The notes: generated by a model not told the origin, from the sequence alone. Counted from the stretch's first letter, positions 41,252 to 55,976 are shown. The stretch is DNA of 64,000 bases from Auanema rhodensis (GCA_964057225.1 OZ059898.1:16182001-16246000); one strand, 5' to 3'. Program-made: numbers and translations.

Positions 41252-41583
41252 GAAAGTTTATATAAATTTAATGTTTTTCATATCTTTCTCTTCATATTTG
41301 TAAATTATTTTGAAGTTTTTTTGTCTGTTTCTTTAAATATATCTGTATCTATATATCTATTTATCTATCTAACTATATATATATCTAACTATATATATAG
41401 TTGAATATTATATTTCTAATTGATTTATCTAGTAACGGTTTCAGACGGGTATAAATGTTCTTCCAAGACAATTTTTTTTGTTTATTCATATGTACTTGTA
41501 TTAACAATTTTTTTTAAAATAAAGTTTTATAAGAATATTTATATTTATGAATTAAACATTAAATGTATTTCTTTTTTTTTAAA

Positions 41584-43484
41584 TTATGCTGTTTTCCATT
41601 TCAAATATTCTTCTGTTTCTCGATTACCTTCAACTAATAGAAATCGCCATTTGAAAAATTGAACAACTCGTCCCACATTAAATTGATTTTCACTATAAAT
41701 TATAGAAAAAATAAAACAAATTAATTATATTTTAATAATTACCTATATGTTGAAGCATCAACATTTAAAAGAAATGTTCTTTCTTCACTCCATTTATATT
41801 TTTTTCCAGCTTCCACAATATTTACTCGACGAGTATTAATATTATATGTTAATAGAAAATCAATTCCATAAAACATTGATGGTGGATCAATCTATAATTA
41901 TTTTTTTCTTTTATAATAATTATTATAATTATAAATAATTATAATAATTACCATTTTAGTAAAGAAATGTAATGTATCAATATGTTTCATAATAGGAATT
42001 GGTGGTGGTCCTTCATTTAATATCTAAAATAACATTATTTTTAAAATTTTAAAATTCTTTTTTTCAATTAATGACATCGTTCGAAGCATTACGGAAGTCA
42101 ATTTCTCCAAATTGTTGTCTCATAAAATTTCTTGTTTCTTCTCCTACACATTCAAAGATGAACATTGGACGGCAAAATACATCAATCCATACACCTGGTC
42201 GAAAGTCATGATTACGATAGAATTTCTTTGTTGATATTCCTATAATGGAAGTTTTAAATAAATAAATAAATAATTGAATTGAATAACCAATTGAAGGTTT
42301 TGGCAATAAAATTCGTTTTAGAAAGAGTTGTCCTTCAAATTCTTTTGTTTCTTCAGTTAAAGATATTGTATTATCGATGGTAAATACAGTTAAACGAAAA
42401 ATTCGTTTTAGACGAAGTGAATTGAAATCGTTAGAAGTATCTAGCCAACAACATCGAAAAGCCATCACCTTAGGACAAGGAATGAAATCTGTCTGCAATT
42501 AAATGAAAATTTCTGAAATATCCTTTAAGAGCAATTAAAACCATTGGCTCAATGGGAGGAGAAACTCGACGAGATACTTTACGACGAACCAACCATGGAT
42601 CCTCAGGAATATGTTCTGAATCATTAAGCTTGATTCCATTCTCCATCAAGAAATTCTTGAGAAAATAATTTTAGAAAGTAAAAAGAAAAAGCTTACTTTA
42701 GTAAATTGATTGCAATCTGTAATTCGATATTTTTTGCCGAATAATTCAACATCTTGTCCGATGTTTAAATCTTTCCAAGACGTATAAGGTCCACCAACTC
42801 TATTTGAAAGGGGAACCTTTTGATGCCAAAATATTCTTCCCTTTAAAAAATAAAAAATAAATAAAAATAAAAAATATTAAAACCTGGAAAAAGCCACTAT
42901 TTTCTACTTTGGGTTCTTGAAGGGAAAAAGTATTATCAGATAAATGATAAAATAATTTAAAAGCTCTAAATTATATATTATATTCTTTAAAATCTTTCAA
43001 ATGTAACCTTAAATGATGAATATGTTGATCATTTCCTTCTTCTTCACAATAACAATCAAAGATTAATTGATCACATTCATTGTTAGCTTGAAGTAATAAT
43101 TCTCCTTTACTGAAATATCATATATTAAACAGATTTTAAGTAGAAAATATACTTTTTCTCATAAGAAAGTGCATGTTGAATAGGATAACGTTGATTATCA
43201 TTATCAACATCATCATCAACTCCTTTAACAAACATTTCTCCATCTTTATAATAAAGTTTTTGAGCACGATTAGTCTAAAATACAAAGTTTTTTATTATAT
43301 TTACATAGATGTAACTATATCAATTTATATTAAATATATTAATAAGTATTAATAAGGGTTTTTCAAATATATTATCTAAATTATTTAATTTTAAAATTCA
43401 ATTGTTTACCCGATTATGCATTCCAAACTGCTCCAATAATTCAGTAGTTGCAACATCTTGAATATATTCACTCGAGTAAGACAT
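41584..43484 (-). CDS. efhc-1: EFHC1/Rib72-family DM10-domain ciliary protein (three DM10 repeats, no EF-hand seen)
   Basis: DM10 signatures: RAFKLFYHLSDNTFSLQEPKVENSGFFQGRIF...WKDLNIGQDVELFGKKYRITDCNQFTKEFL; RIFRLTVFTIDNTISLTEE...DFRPGVWIDVFCRPMFIFEC; QFNVGRVVQFFKWRFLLVEGNRETEEYLKW. ATG at 43484 follows an acceptor; a 5' non-coding exon lies at ~43573-43640. Confidence 0.85.
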
Positions 43485-44526
43485 CCTATTACAAAATATT
43501 TAATTAAAACATATTTTTCATCAAAAATAATGAAATGTTAGTCTTTCAATGAAAAGAAAATCTTAATATTACCAACTTGTGAGCCTATTGAGCTGGATAT
43601 AAACTAGTCTAAGCTCCGGAAGATGTCGGAAGGCGGTAGTTTAGTCAGAAGAAAACCCAAAATATACATGTATCTACTAAGAATTTCTTATATTAATATT
43701 GAAAATAAAGTAATAGTCACATGTGTATATAACCATATATATAGCATTTGATCTGAATCTAAAAGTATTTTAGATCTATTTGAACTTTAACTTGTTATAT
43801 TAAATAATAATAAAAATAGTATATTATATTAATAATACATAATTTTATAATTAAATCTTTTATTTTATTTTAAAATAAATAATTAATAAAAATAAAAATA
43901 AGAAAATATTATTAAAATTTGAAATTAAAGAATAAATAATTTATATGAAATAGTTAATAAATAAAAAATCATTTTATTTACAAGATATTTTTAAATATAT
44001 TAAATGAAAATTATATTATTAAAAAGAAATTATAAAATATTAAATTAAATTATAAATAAAAAGTATTTTAATATTATTTATGGATATACATATTCGTTAA
44101 ATCTCAGATTCATATAAGGTATAGAAAATTATTTATTTAATATTTAAGAAGAATAATTAAGCAAAATCAAAATAAAAAATAAATAAATTATAAAAACTTC
44201 AAATATTAATTCGTTTGTCATCTATTGAAACCTTTTAACATTACAAATAGTATATACATATGTATGTTTGTAATGTATATACATATGTATACATATACAT
44301 GTAGTTACTTCAAGTTTTGAAGAAAAAAAACTTGAAAAAGTGAAAAATATTTTATCTTTCTTTTCATTTTTCTATAATATTCAAACCCCTTGCTTTTCGT
44401 AGTATAAACTGTTTCATGAAAGTCAAGGAAGTTCAATTTTCTGAGTGATTAGCCTTGAGAAGTTCGGTGAAGTGTGAGTACATAAAGCAGTTGTAACTTG
44501 ACTTTTCTTCAGATATCCAAATCTAA

Positions 44527-47500
44527 ATGGGTAATACTTCTTCAACTGTTACAGCTGGAATAAAAGATCAGGTATATTTGAAATATTATTGTTTTAATTT
44601 AATAATTTGATTATTATAGGTTAATAGTCATAGTAATGCTGTATATCAATTAGCTGATGTAACCGGAAATGGAGTTTTAGCAGAACTTGCAAGAGAAGCT
44701 ATTCGATCTGGTAATTCAGATCAATTAGATCAAATGATTAGAGAAGTATTCTTTTTAAATTTAACAGATAAATAATTTTTATTTTGTTATTCAGAGAGTT
44801 GGACCTTTATTATATAATGATGGTGAAGGTGATATGATACCAATCAATGATATTATAAGTTTTCGACATAAAGAACGAACAGGTAGTATCTTATATCTCA
44901 GGAAATATATCAAAATAGTTAATTTTAAGGAAATTCCTTCACTCATCTTCATTCATGGGAAAGAAAATTTGTTTGTTGGGATCTTCATTCAAGAGGAAGT
45001 GTAGGGGAAACACTTCTTCATACATGCTTCTTATCAGGTTACATGAGAAATATAATATATGAGAAAAATCAAAAAATTATTATTAAAGGTTTACCAAAAC
45101 ATATGAAATTCTTAGCAGAAAGATTACTTCATATATATCCTAAAATTATAAATGATTTCTACATTAATGATGAATATTATGGTAATATTTAACTATATAC
45201 ATATAAATAATTAATATATTAGGAGAAACTGTATTACATATGGCTGTTGTTTCTGAAGATCCTGAAATTCTTCGATTTGTTTTAAACTGTGGAGCTGATG
45301 TAAATGCTCGATGTACTGGTAACTTTTTCACTTGTGATGATCAAAGAAGCTCCAGAACTGATATAGCTGATGTTGAGCATGTATCAATTACAAGAAATAC
45401 AACTTATTCTGGGTATAAAATCAAAATCAATCAATAATAATAATAATAATTGTATTATTTAGTCATTTATATTGGGGAGAATATCCATTATCATTTAGTG
45501 CTTGTCTATCACATATGGAATGCTTTAGGATGATCATGGCTAAAGGTGCAGATCCTAATGCAATGGATTCTAATGGAAATACTGTTCTTCATATTTGCAC
45601 TATTCATGAAAATTGGGTACTTTATCCTAAAAACTTATGTTTTCATAAAATGTCCTATTTCAAGGAAATGTTTAAGATGGCTTTAAGTCTTGGAGCTGAT
45701 ATTCATATTCAAAATAGACAAAACCTTACCCCGTGTACTTTAGCAGCATTTTTAGCTAAAAAGAATGTAATAAAAAATATTTAATTCATTTCATAATAAA
45801 TATTAAATATATTTAAAGATGTTTGAGAAGATTGTTGAAGAAGAAAGAATGGTTTACTGGACTTATGGCGGAGTACAATCAGCTGCTTATCCATTGGAGC
45901 ATTTAGATTCCATTGAACCTTCAACTGGAAACGTAATGCTTTTTCCGTTTCGAAATGTTCAGTTTGAGAGTTTTATATTAATTTCAGATTAACAGAAATT
46001 CTGCTCTAGCTCTTATAGTTTATGGAAAGAAATCAGAACATTTAAAGTTATTACCAAATCTTTTAGAGAAACTTGTACAAAGAAAATGGGCTACATATGG
46101 TAGACGAATGTCTGTTTCAAAGATAATAAGTTGCAACACACATTAAATTCATATTTCAGGCTTTTTGCTCAATTATTTGTATTTATTCTGTATTTCCTAT
46201 GCACTTTAACCTGCTATATGTTGAGACCAACACCATTTGAACGACAAAAACCTGAAAATACTTTGATCTGTATATCTCGACTTAATCAATTTTCTAATTT
46301 AAGATTTAAAATGATTGTAAATCTTATATCTATTTATTTATGTTAACATTTTATATTTTAGTTATATCATATTCTAAATATATGTACAGTAATTGGAGCA
46401 TCATTATATTTATTTCAAATGAATAAGCATTTACGTAATGTTGGAAGAAATATGTATTTTCTAAGTTTAGTAAGTTATTTTTTAATTTTTAAAATAATTA
46501 AAATGTTATTATCATTTAGTCTGGATTTCCAGCTAAGACTATTTTCTTAATTTCTTGTCTTTTACTAGTTACAAGTTTTATAATGAGGGTATTTTGTTTT
46601 GATGAAATGGAAGATATTGTTATGTCAATTACAATTCTATTAACGGCTGTTAAGTTTTTATTTTTTGCTAGGTAATACTTCATTCGAATTTAAAAATTTT
46701 TTAATTTTAATTAAGAGGATTTAAATCAGTTGGTCCATTTGTCTTAATGCTTTATAAAATTATTATAAGAGATTTGATGAGATTTTTTCTAATTTATCTC
46801 GTTATCGTCGTGGGTTTTTCACAAGGTTTTTTAGAATAATTTTTCTTTACATATACATTTTATTTTTAAGCTTTTTATATAATATTTCTTGGATATAAAA
46901 AGTTATATACCGGAAATATTAGAGATCGAAATATAATGGGAAATATAGCTGAATCATATGTTCGAATGTTCATCATGAGTTTAACGGAATTTTCCGTATT
47001 CTTTCAACAACTGGAAGAATGTGAACATACTATGATTGGCAAAGTTTTAATATTTTATTCATTATATTAATAAAAAAAACTTAATTTCAGATAACATTTG
47101 TGATTTATATGTTATTAGTAACACTTTTATTAATTAATATGTTAATTGCTATGATGACAAATACATATATTGAAGTAAATTAAAAGAAAATATAAAAAAT
47201 ATCTGTAATTCTTCATTAAGGTATCCGGAAATTCATTGGAATTTCTACGTCAGTGGGCTGCAATCATCATGATGATGGAGCAAAGCTTTGACCCTACTCA
47301 AAGATTACGATATCAACGTGATTATAGCATTATAATGGAAGATGGAAAACATCTAGCATTGCTAATTAAAACCAAATTAAAGGTATTTGCCTTTCTTTTA
47401 TTAAAAATAAATTATTATTCAGTATTCGAGCATAGATTGAAATATTAGAAATTAGTATTCAAGAAAAAAAATATTTGATAAATTGATTTTAATATTAATT

Positions 47501-47989
47501 GAAAAATATATTTTATTTATCACAAAGATTATTTCATATATATATATTCTTTTGAGATTTTGCAATCAACAAGAAATTTACAGTTTTGCACATATTTTCT
47601 TCATTTATTGAAGATATTATGATAGATTTGTAGAGAAATAGAGAAATGAAATTTTCGAAATAGAATTATCTTAATCATACTCGTACTCCAACAAAACTTT
47701 TTATTCTAACTATTCTTAACTATATATGCAACTATACAAATAATTATATATATATATATATATATATTCATTAATTTATATTATCATCTTCTTTTTCTTT
47801 TAGGAAGAAGAATACGCAGAGTTGATGCAGCATGCAGCTTCTGCTCGACAACGGTTCCGAGAAGAACGACGTCGAATGGCACGTCACCCAAATGTTCATC
47901 GTCTGAATACAGATGGAGGCAATTATTTTCGCCCAAAAAAGATCGTCAACAACCAAAAAAAGCTTTCGAATAACCTGGATACTATCTAG
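44527..47989 (+). CDS. ocr-4: TRPV cation channel, OCR-4 orthologue (ankyrin repeats plus six TM segments), multi-exon
   Basis: [13 protein letters not shown]..., [106 protein letters not shown]. The N-terminus and ankyrin region match C. elegans OCR-4 as recalled, rather than OSM-9 or OCR-2. Confidence 0.9.
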
Positions 47990-49176
47990 CTAATTAAGCA
48001 ATGAAATGAAGGTCTCAGTTCTCTTTTTCTTCAGAATAGCAAGCACTCAGTCAGATAGAATCTACTAGTCAGCATTGTCCGTGTAAATGCATCTATATAT
48101 AAATATAAATGTATATATATACATAAAATCTAAATACTAACATTCATTATAAAATTTAAAAAAACATCAAAATAAAATAAAACATTCTGTTTTCTTTTTC
48201 AAAATAATTTCATTATTTCAATTAAAATTAAATAAATCTTTTTTTTTATTTCAATTCTAAATCATTACTTAATTGTTCAGTTTTTCTATTCTTTTTCTTG
48301 TTGTTTTTTTTTTTCAAAAATTTGAAATTGTGATCTCTATATCTCTTCTTATGGCTTCTCTTTTTTTTCTATTTTACAACCATTTTATCTGTTCTCAAAA
48401 TTATATATTATTGAAGCAAATATATCATTACATTTTCATTGTACTTATCAAATTATTTAAACAATGAAAATATTAATTAAAACTATTTATATACTATATT
48501 ATATTTGTATTTATACATACATTTAATACTTATTTACTCATTTATTTTATTTTTCGTTTTATTTAGTTTTTACTATACTATATTCTAATTTCAAATATCA
48601 CTTTTACACGTGACAGCGTCAGTTTTCAAGTTATTATATGATTTGAATTTATGTTGAACGGTTGCCTCCTCTTTCTCTTCATCATCATCATCATCATGCC
48701 ACTTCATTTCATATTTTTGATTGCAATTACTTTCATTTTCTGTTTCTCTTTTATAAACGTAATATTATTTAATTTTCTTCTTATTCATAACTCTAATATA
48801 CCCATATCATCTTTTGATTATTTTCAATTTAAACTATTTCCCATTGTCCATTTGTGAACAATTTTGTTTCAAATCTTTTGGATGAAGTTTGAGTAAATTA
48901 TATAATTCTATTCAATTAATCCAATAGTTTAAGTTGTTATTTTATTGTCCATTTACAATCACAACGATTATGAACAGAGATCGCACAATAAAAATAATGC
49001 TGCTATCTTTTTAATAGAGCAAAATCTAATGGTATAGTACCCATTCTCAGTTTTAAATATAACAATTTGAGTATGAGAGTAAAATTCTGAGCATAAAAAA
49101 GTGAAAAAGAAGAGAAGATGATAGAGATGTTGAAGATGTGGTTTGTGTTGTGATGAGGAAAATGGATGGAGAGAAA

Positions 49177-49188
<12 letters not shown>

Positions 49189-49252
<64 letters not shown>
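49189..49252. repeat. (GA)n microsatellite
   Basis: Directly visible; another at 58451-58490. These tracts produce the spurious SLSLSL/ERER ORFs. Confidence 0.95.
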
Positions 49253-49256
<4 letters not shown>

Positions 49257-52200
49257 AAGAAGAGATAGGACGATGAAGTAAAAGGAAAACTATAGAAACG
49301 AGGAAGAAATAATGAAAGATAAGTATGCCTCATTATAGTTAACTGGTAAGAAGATTCTGATAGACATACGATCAGCTGTCAATATTTTCAAGTCAAATAC
49401 ACACGCAGCTATCGTTCTTGTCGTTGTTAGCTTCGATTACTTCCGTTCGTATCATTTAATATTAAAAGAAATAAAAAAATAAAGTATAGTTCAACATTCA
49501 ATCATATATACATATACTTTACTGAAAAGGATATACATATTTCAATATATGGAAATACAAATTTTCATTGAATTCTATTTTCATTTTTCAATCAAAACGT
49601 TTTTAACGTACACACTTCGTGCTTATTTGCAATTGTAAAAATGTATCGAAGAGAAGCTAAAACCCAATTTTTTTAAAAGTTTTAGCCTGATAGATTTCAA
49701 ATAAAGAACGTATATGGTTAATGCTCGAAGGAAATATTATTAGAATGTGTGCATATTTGTGGAATTCATCTAGAGCCAGATGTGAAAAATATAAATCTGA
49801 AAACTGGAACAATAAATATTCAGACTTCACACATGATATCGTCTTTCTTGTTCTTCACTTCTTCCTCCTCATTCTTTTTTTCTTTTCCTCTTTATTACCT
49901 TTTTTGTGATATTTTAAAATTTAAATATAGAACTATTATAAAATAATTGATCATTGAAGAATTGCTATTCATATACATGTAATATGCACTTCTCGTTCCT
50001 CATTTTCAAGCGGAAAATATGTTCAGAACTTTATGACATATTCAAACATTTCTTCATATAAACTTGATGAACCTTTAATACAAATTTAGCTGGTTTCAAA
50101 GTATTTTGTGATAAAAGTTCAAATCAAAGCTATTAAAAGCATAATATTTATAAACTTTAATGATATATTAACACAACACTTAAATATGAAATAACTTATC
50201 TTTTTTTTTCTTTTTCTTTTTTTTTTAAATTTATTAATGTTTTCTAAAGTAATTTTAAAGAGAAACCCAGCTTTTCAACTTCTATTTATACGTCTCTAAA
50301 ATGTCATTCATTTAGTCTGGGTTATAAAATGCTTATTTACAAAATATTTGGACTCAAGAGCCAAATATTACTCAATGACTAGTTATATATCAAATATTAT
50401 ATTTCTTTCTTTAAGTAATTTCTTTTGGATCCTCTTTTCCTTTTATTCAATCTCGTTTTTCTTTTTTCTTTTATTAAAAAAGGGATCCGTAAATGACTAA
50501 TTAAAATTTTTGATCTTTGCTATAGACTAGACAAGAATATCAAAAAGCAGGAAAGGAAAGATTCTAAAATTTTATTGAAAAAAAAAATTTATATACAAAT
50601 TATACATATTGATTGATTCAATTAATTATTTTGAAAAGATTTTAGATTTCCTCCAGTTTGCCTGCACTTATAAGCATATACTACATACTACACGCATACA
50701 TGTGTATTCTTCAGAAATTTCTAAATAAGGAGGCAAAAGGGAAAAAACGAAATATTGCATTTCGATTTGGATGTTTAGTATTTTGTCACTAATTTCATTC
50801 TTTACATCATTTCTTCAAATTTCTTTTGTGAATATTAACTCAACTATATATTTTCTTTTTTTTTGTTAAAGAAGAAGAAATAATTGAAAGAAAATGAGGA
50901 ATAGTACTGAGTATTAATCCAAAAATATTTCATAAATGTTATCAATGATGGATGAAAATTAATTTCCTTTGTATCATTATTCTTTATAGTTTATAATAGG
51001 TTAATATTCTGTGCTGAAAAGATTGCAAGGACGCCGTCATTCTTCTACGAGAGTCATAAAATGAATAAAGCTTCACAAAAAAACAAAAAAAAATAAAAAA
51101 CCGAGAAAATATTGCTGAAAACACGCAGACAACTCATGTGTGTCTATACAAATCTTCAACGAACATAGGAAGCATCTTCTGTCTCTCTCTCACTTCATTC
51201 AATCTTTCATTCTATCTATCTCGCTTATTTCAATCTTTCCCTCTATATCATTCCTCCTTTTACTCTAGTTTTTTTGTTTTCTCCTTCTCTCTATCTCAAT
51301 ATTTCCCTTCCATTCTCTCTTCCTTTTCTCGCTTTTTATCTCTACTGGTGTATGAGGATTCCTAACTAACTGAATGGATCTGAATCCCCTGTCAACCACA
51401 CATCCGGCCGTCCTCAACTTGCCATACAGAGTCTCTCCTGTTCTATCTCTCCCGTTCTTCCTCTTTCTCTCTCTTACTTTTCTTTCTCCCTCTCTCAACA
51501 TCTATTCAATCGCCCCCCCCCCCACTTCATCGATGAGCATTTGCAGTCATCGGAATCAGATTTGAAACACTTCATAACGCCTAGTCAATGTGTAGCATGT
51601 ATCTGATTTCAATATCAAATTAATTTTTAGAATCTCTCCTATCATACCCAAGCTTTTACATTATCTTGCCAAATCATTATCCAGTTTTTACAGAGTTCCT
51701 TTTCTTATCAAAGTACAGTTTTTTAGTCAAAAATACTCGATCTGTCGTTTGCCTAATCTATTATTTCACTTACTTCATTTTCTAAATTTTATCGTCGTTC
51801 TTCACATAATTTTCTAGGATGTGGTGCATACTTCTCATTTTTCTTTTTGGCTTTTCTTCTTCTTCGTCTTCTTTTTCTTCTTTAACATTCATTTATTTTC
51901 TATCTTCCTTTTCCTTGTTTCTCATCATCTGGAACTGATTTTGTCGTAATATTGAATTCTGCTCTTGCAGTCTCGAGACAGACTCATACAAATGATTTTA
52001 ACCGATTAAGTTTTTCTCAAACCTTGATTTCATCTTGGTTTTCTAAAAATTCTCTTGTACATTCGGCATTCCGATTAGATCGCATTCTTGAGTTCCAAAG
52101 TGGTGCCAGTGCTCTGTAATTGAAACCACTTGTGATTCTTTTTCCACTATACTGTGCTCTCCAACTGACCATGATCCATGTAGGAAAAACATGAGAAGTT

Positions 52201-52424
52201 AGAAATTTCTCTTGCATCTTCAAAGCTTCAACATCATATTCAATTACAAACTCTAATTATTTCCATTATAATATGCCTTTTCAAAGATGTTTAATTGGCT
52301 TTCAAAATTGCAATTTCTTTGATTATTCGTTTTTCAATTCCAAAAGATACTACTGACTTGAAAATAAAAAAAATTCAAATTGCATCTGTAGCTTTCTCTG
52401 CTTTTCATTTTAACTTTTCACCTG

Positions 52425-52629
52425 TAAAATATAATAATATTTTAACTATTTGATGACATCATCATTTTATTCTATTTTAGTTCAAAATATTAATTGATTT
52501 AAATTTAAAACTATTGTTTATTTGATTGTTTTTAAAACTTTTTTTAAAAAAATTAATAGAAATAGAAATATATGTATATATCTTGAATATATAATAATGA
52601 TGTCATCAAATAGTTATTATTATATTTTA
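52425..52629. mobile_element. MITE-like foldback element (~205 bp) with terminal inverted repeats
   Basis: Perfect 20-bp inverted repeat TAACTATTTGATGACATCAT (52443-52462 vs 52597-52616) plus an outer 13-bp match TAAAATATAATAA (52425-52437 vs 52617-52629); the outermost bases are TA on both sides. Confidence 0.55.
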
Positions 52630-54147
52630 TAAATTTTAATTTCAATTAAATTTAATAGTATATTCACTCACCTGCTTACACATCCAAGAGATAATCGAAA
52701 TTGAAACTTCCGGATTAGGTTGGATCCGGATTATCACCTTCAAAGCCGATTCCAATTTTTGCAGAAATGTGTGAGGAAAATTGATATTTGTTGTTTTGAA
52801 CTCAATTACCGATAAAAGTACTTTTTCCGGAAGCGGATAGATACAATTTTTCCCGGAAGAATTCGTACCGGATCGAATTTTTGTGCATTTTCGAAGTTTA
52901 TAACGAAATTTATGCTTCAATTATAATAGTTATATATTATTATATACATTTCAAATAATATGTTTGAATACTGTTTAAAAATTATTGTAATAAAGCATAT
53001 TTCTTATAATTATGTCTTTTTGAAGTCTTATTTATTCTCAAAGAAATACGAAGAGAAAAGAAAAAAACAAAGCAAAATTTGAAGAAAAAATATAAGAAAT
53101 TGAGTAGAACAAAAGACAAAGTATACCGAAAACTCTTTTTTATGTATAATTATTCTTGAACGAAGAGAAAAAAAGTTGGAAGAACTCATCTATTATGAAC
53201 ACACTCTTCTTGTCCATCTGCTTTTCATTCTGTCAGCCTTTCTCACGTTTTGTTCATCTACCACTACCACTATCCAACAGCCATATAACCAATACCACAA
53301 AATTTCTTTTTTTTTATTTCAAAAAATATATTTTATAAAAGATATATCAAATTTTATTATATTTTCTATTCAAATAATTCTCTACATATGTATCTACATA
53401 TATCCTATAATTATTCTTCATCTTCTGACGTTGTACCTGCTGTTTATATATGAACTCCTCCTCTATATTCATACATTTTTTAAAAGAATTCTCGTCTTAT
53501 TTGTAAGAAAAATAATATTTTCATTCAAATACTTTTGAACTAAGTCTTAATATATAACTATATATATATATAGTTAAATACATAGTTATACTTCTATTAT
53601 TTATAATTTATTATAAAACTATACGTACATTACATCTGCGGTTGCTGTTGATTTGTTCTTCTTTTTAAAAAATATTTCATTATTGATATGTTTGTCTACT
53701 AATTTCATCAGCCTTACAAGCCTTTTTTGTTTTTTTTCCTTTTTAATTTGCTCTCAGATTTCAAATTTGTTTGCACGTGTAATGTTCACGTGAGCTTAAT
53801 TGGGAAGATTCATTTCTAATTTTAGTTTCAACGCTGTACGGTTGATATTTTAATTTTTTTACTTCGCTTTTCTTCAATATTCTTCTTTTTTTTTCTGAAT
53901 TTCATTTATTTTTTTCTATTTTTTACTTCAATATAAATATATTTATAATGATATTATATATAAACATAAAGAGAACAATATTTTCAATAATTATTCCATT
54001 ATATTAATATTAAATGGTAATCTCTAATCTTTCCTCCACCCTCTTCTCTTTTCACCTCTTTTATATATCATAAATCTGTACTTTTTCAATTTATATATAT
54101 ATAGTATATATATATATATAGTATATATATATATATATATATATCAA

Positions 54148-54178
<31 letters not shown>

Positions 54179-55555
54179 ATATAATTCTAATTTTAACAAT
54201 AATTTATTTTTTGTAAAATATCCAGCATAACAAATACTTAATCTTCGTTGTTTTTTTTTCAAATCAGCAATTTTCTTATAAGCTAATCATTGAAGCCTAT
54301 AATATCTGAATATAGAATACGTATACGCGTCTGTGGTATCATTTTCCATTGAACGTATGTCCAAGATGAGCTGTTAGAGGAAATGAAGAGGATGAAGAAG
54401 TGAAGAGAATGAAAAGAAAGGAGAAACGAAAGATAAGGATGAGGTGAGAGAGGGAAAGAGAATATGAAAGCGATAACTAACTGAGACATGGGTTTTATTC
54501 AATTGCATCTCCTCTCTGTAAGCACTTTCTATTCCATCGTCGAATACATAGCATTTTGGAGTTGGTGCTTTTCTCGTCCTTAAAAGCCAATTCATATCAT
54601 TTCATTTTTCAATATATGAAATGTATGTAACCATTGAAGATTCAATTCTAACGAACCTTCTATTGCTTCCTTTTAAACTCTTTTTCTCACTTCTTTTCCT
54701 TCTCTCTTTCCTTTTTATTTTGTTGGATATTCTTGTCAAGTGGTCTATTGCCACAAGGCATTTCCAAGAGATGCTCTAGAAATCGGAAACCATATGCTTC
54801 ACGTGGGTTTTTCTTTCTTCCTCTTCCAGTGCCTGTGCACATTCTGATACAAATTGTCTTCAATATTTCTTTATTTTACTTTGAAAACCTTTTTAATGTT
54901 TAAAAAAAAAAATGTTTCTTGATAGCTTACAATAGCTTTAAATGACTTTTAACCTGATTATTATTGAATATTTTATTTTTCATACAATTATTGAAAACTT
55001 TGTATCATTTTAAACTTGAAATGAAATTGATTGTTCCTTTCTATCCTTATATATCAATATTTTATGAAGAAATGGATGTGATGAAATATAAAAAGTAGAT
55101 GTATTAAATATGAAAATGTAAGTTTTTTAAAGATGAATGTAGAATAATGAGAAGAAAAAGTTTCTAACACCACTATGTTTTTCTTTTTTTTTTGAATCCA
55201 CGTAAGTTCTACGTATGTAGCAAAAGTGTGTGAAACAAACTAAGGAGAAGAAGAAAATCTATTTCAGAGAGAAATAGAGGGAAAGAGAGAAAGGTTATAA
55301 GGGAAAGCAAAAAGAATACTTCTGTATGTATGTATGAGTGTAGATGAAAAGGGAAAAAAGAATAAAAAAAAAAGAAAATGAAAAGAGGAAATTGTGCGAG
55401 AGGAATGGAGAGAAAAAAGAAACGAGAAGAAGATTGAAAATGAACCTTTTGCTTTCATATAAGCTCAAAATATGCAATGAAGTTCTACATATTGGATTAT
55501 TTCATATTGTTGCTCTTTTCGAGCTTTTCTCTCATATCCATACACACATATATTC

Positions 55556-55601
<46 letters not shown>

Positions 55602-55976
55602 AAATATACATTTCAAGTTCAAAAAAGTCATAATTTTCCAAATTTATATTCATATTTTCATTTTCTAAAAGAATATTATTTTTATTTTATCATATTTTTA
55701 TAATTCTATACATATTAATTACATATTAATATATTTCAAATCAAATTTGGTGAAAGATTCAAATTCAAAAAATGAATTTGCTTAAAAATTATTTTTTTCA
55801 ATAAATCTCTAATGAATTATTACAAATAATTAATTCAGCATATGCTATTAAATAATTATTATTCGTCAAAAAACTTTTATATTACTATTACTTTTAATAT
55901 TTTTTACATTTTTACTTCTTTACTTCTTTTCTAAAATGATTATATTATTTGAACTATTTGTTTTTTTTTAGATGTG

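Noticed and set aside
44411-44422. GTTTCATGAAAG as a possible X-box (DAF-19/RFX site) between efhc-1 and ocr-4
   Set aside because: Too short and lacks the terminal RAC of the 14-bp consensus.
48968-49333. SLSLSL/ERER ORFs here and at 29352, 35796 and 58205-58528
   Set aside because: Translations of (CT)/(GA) microsatellites.
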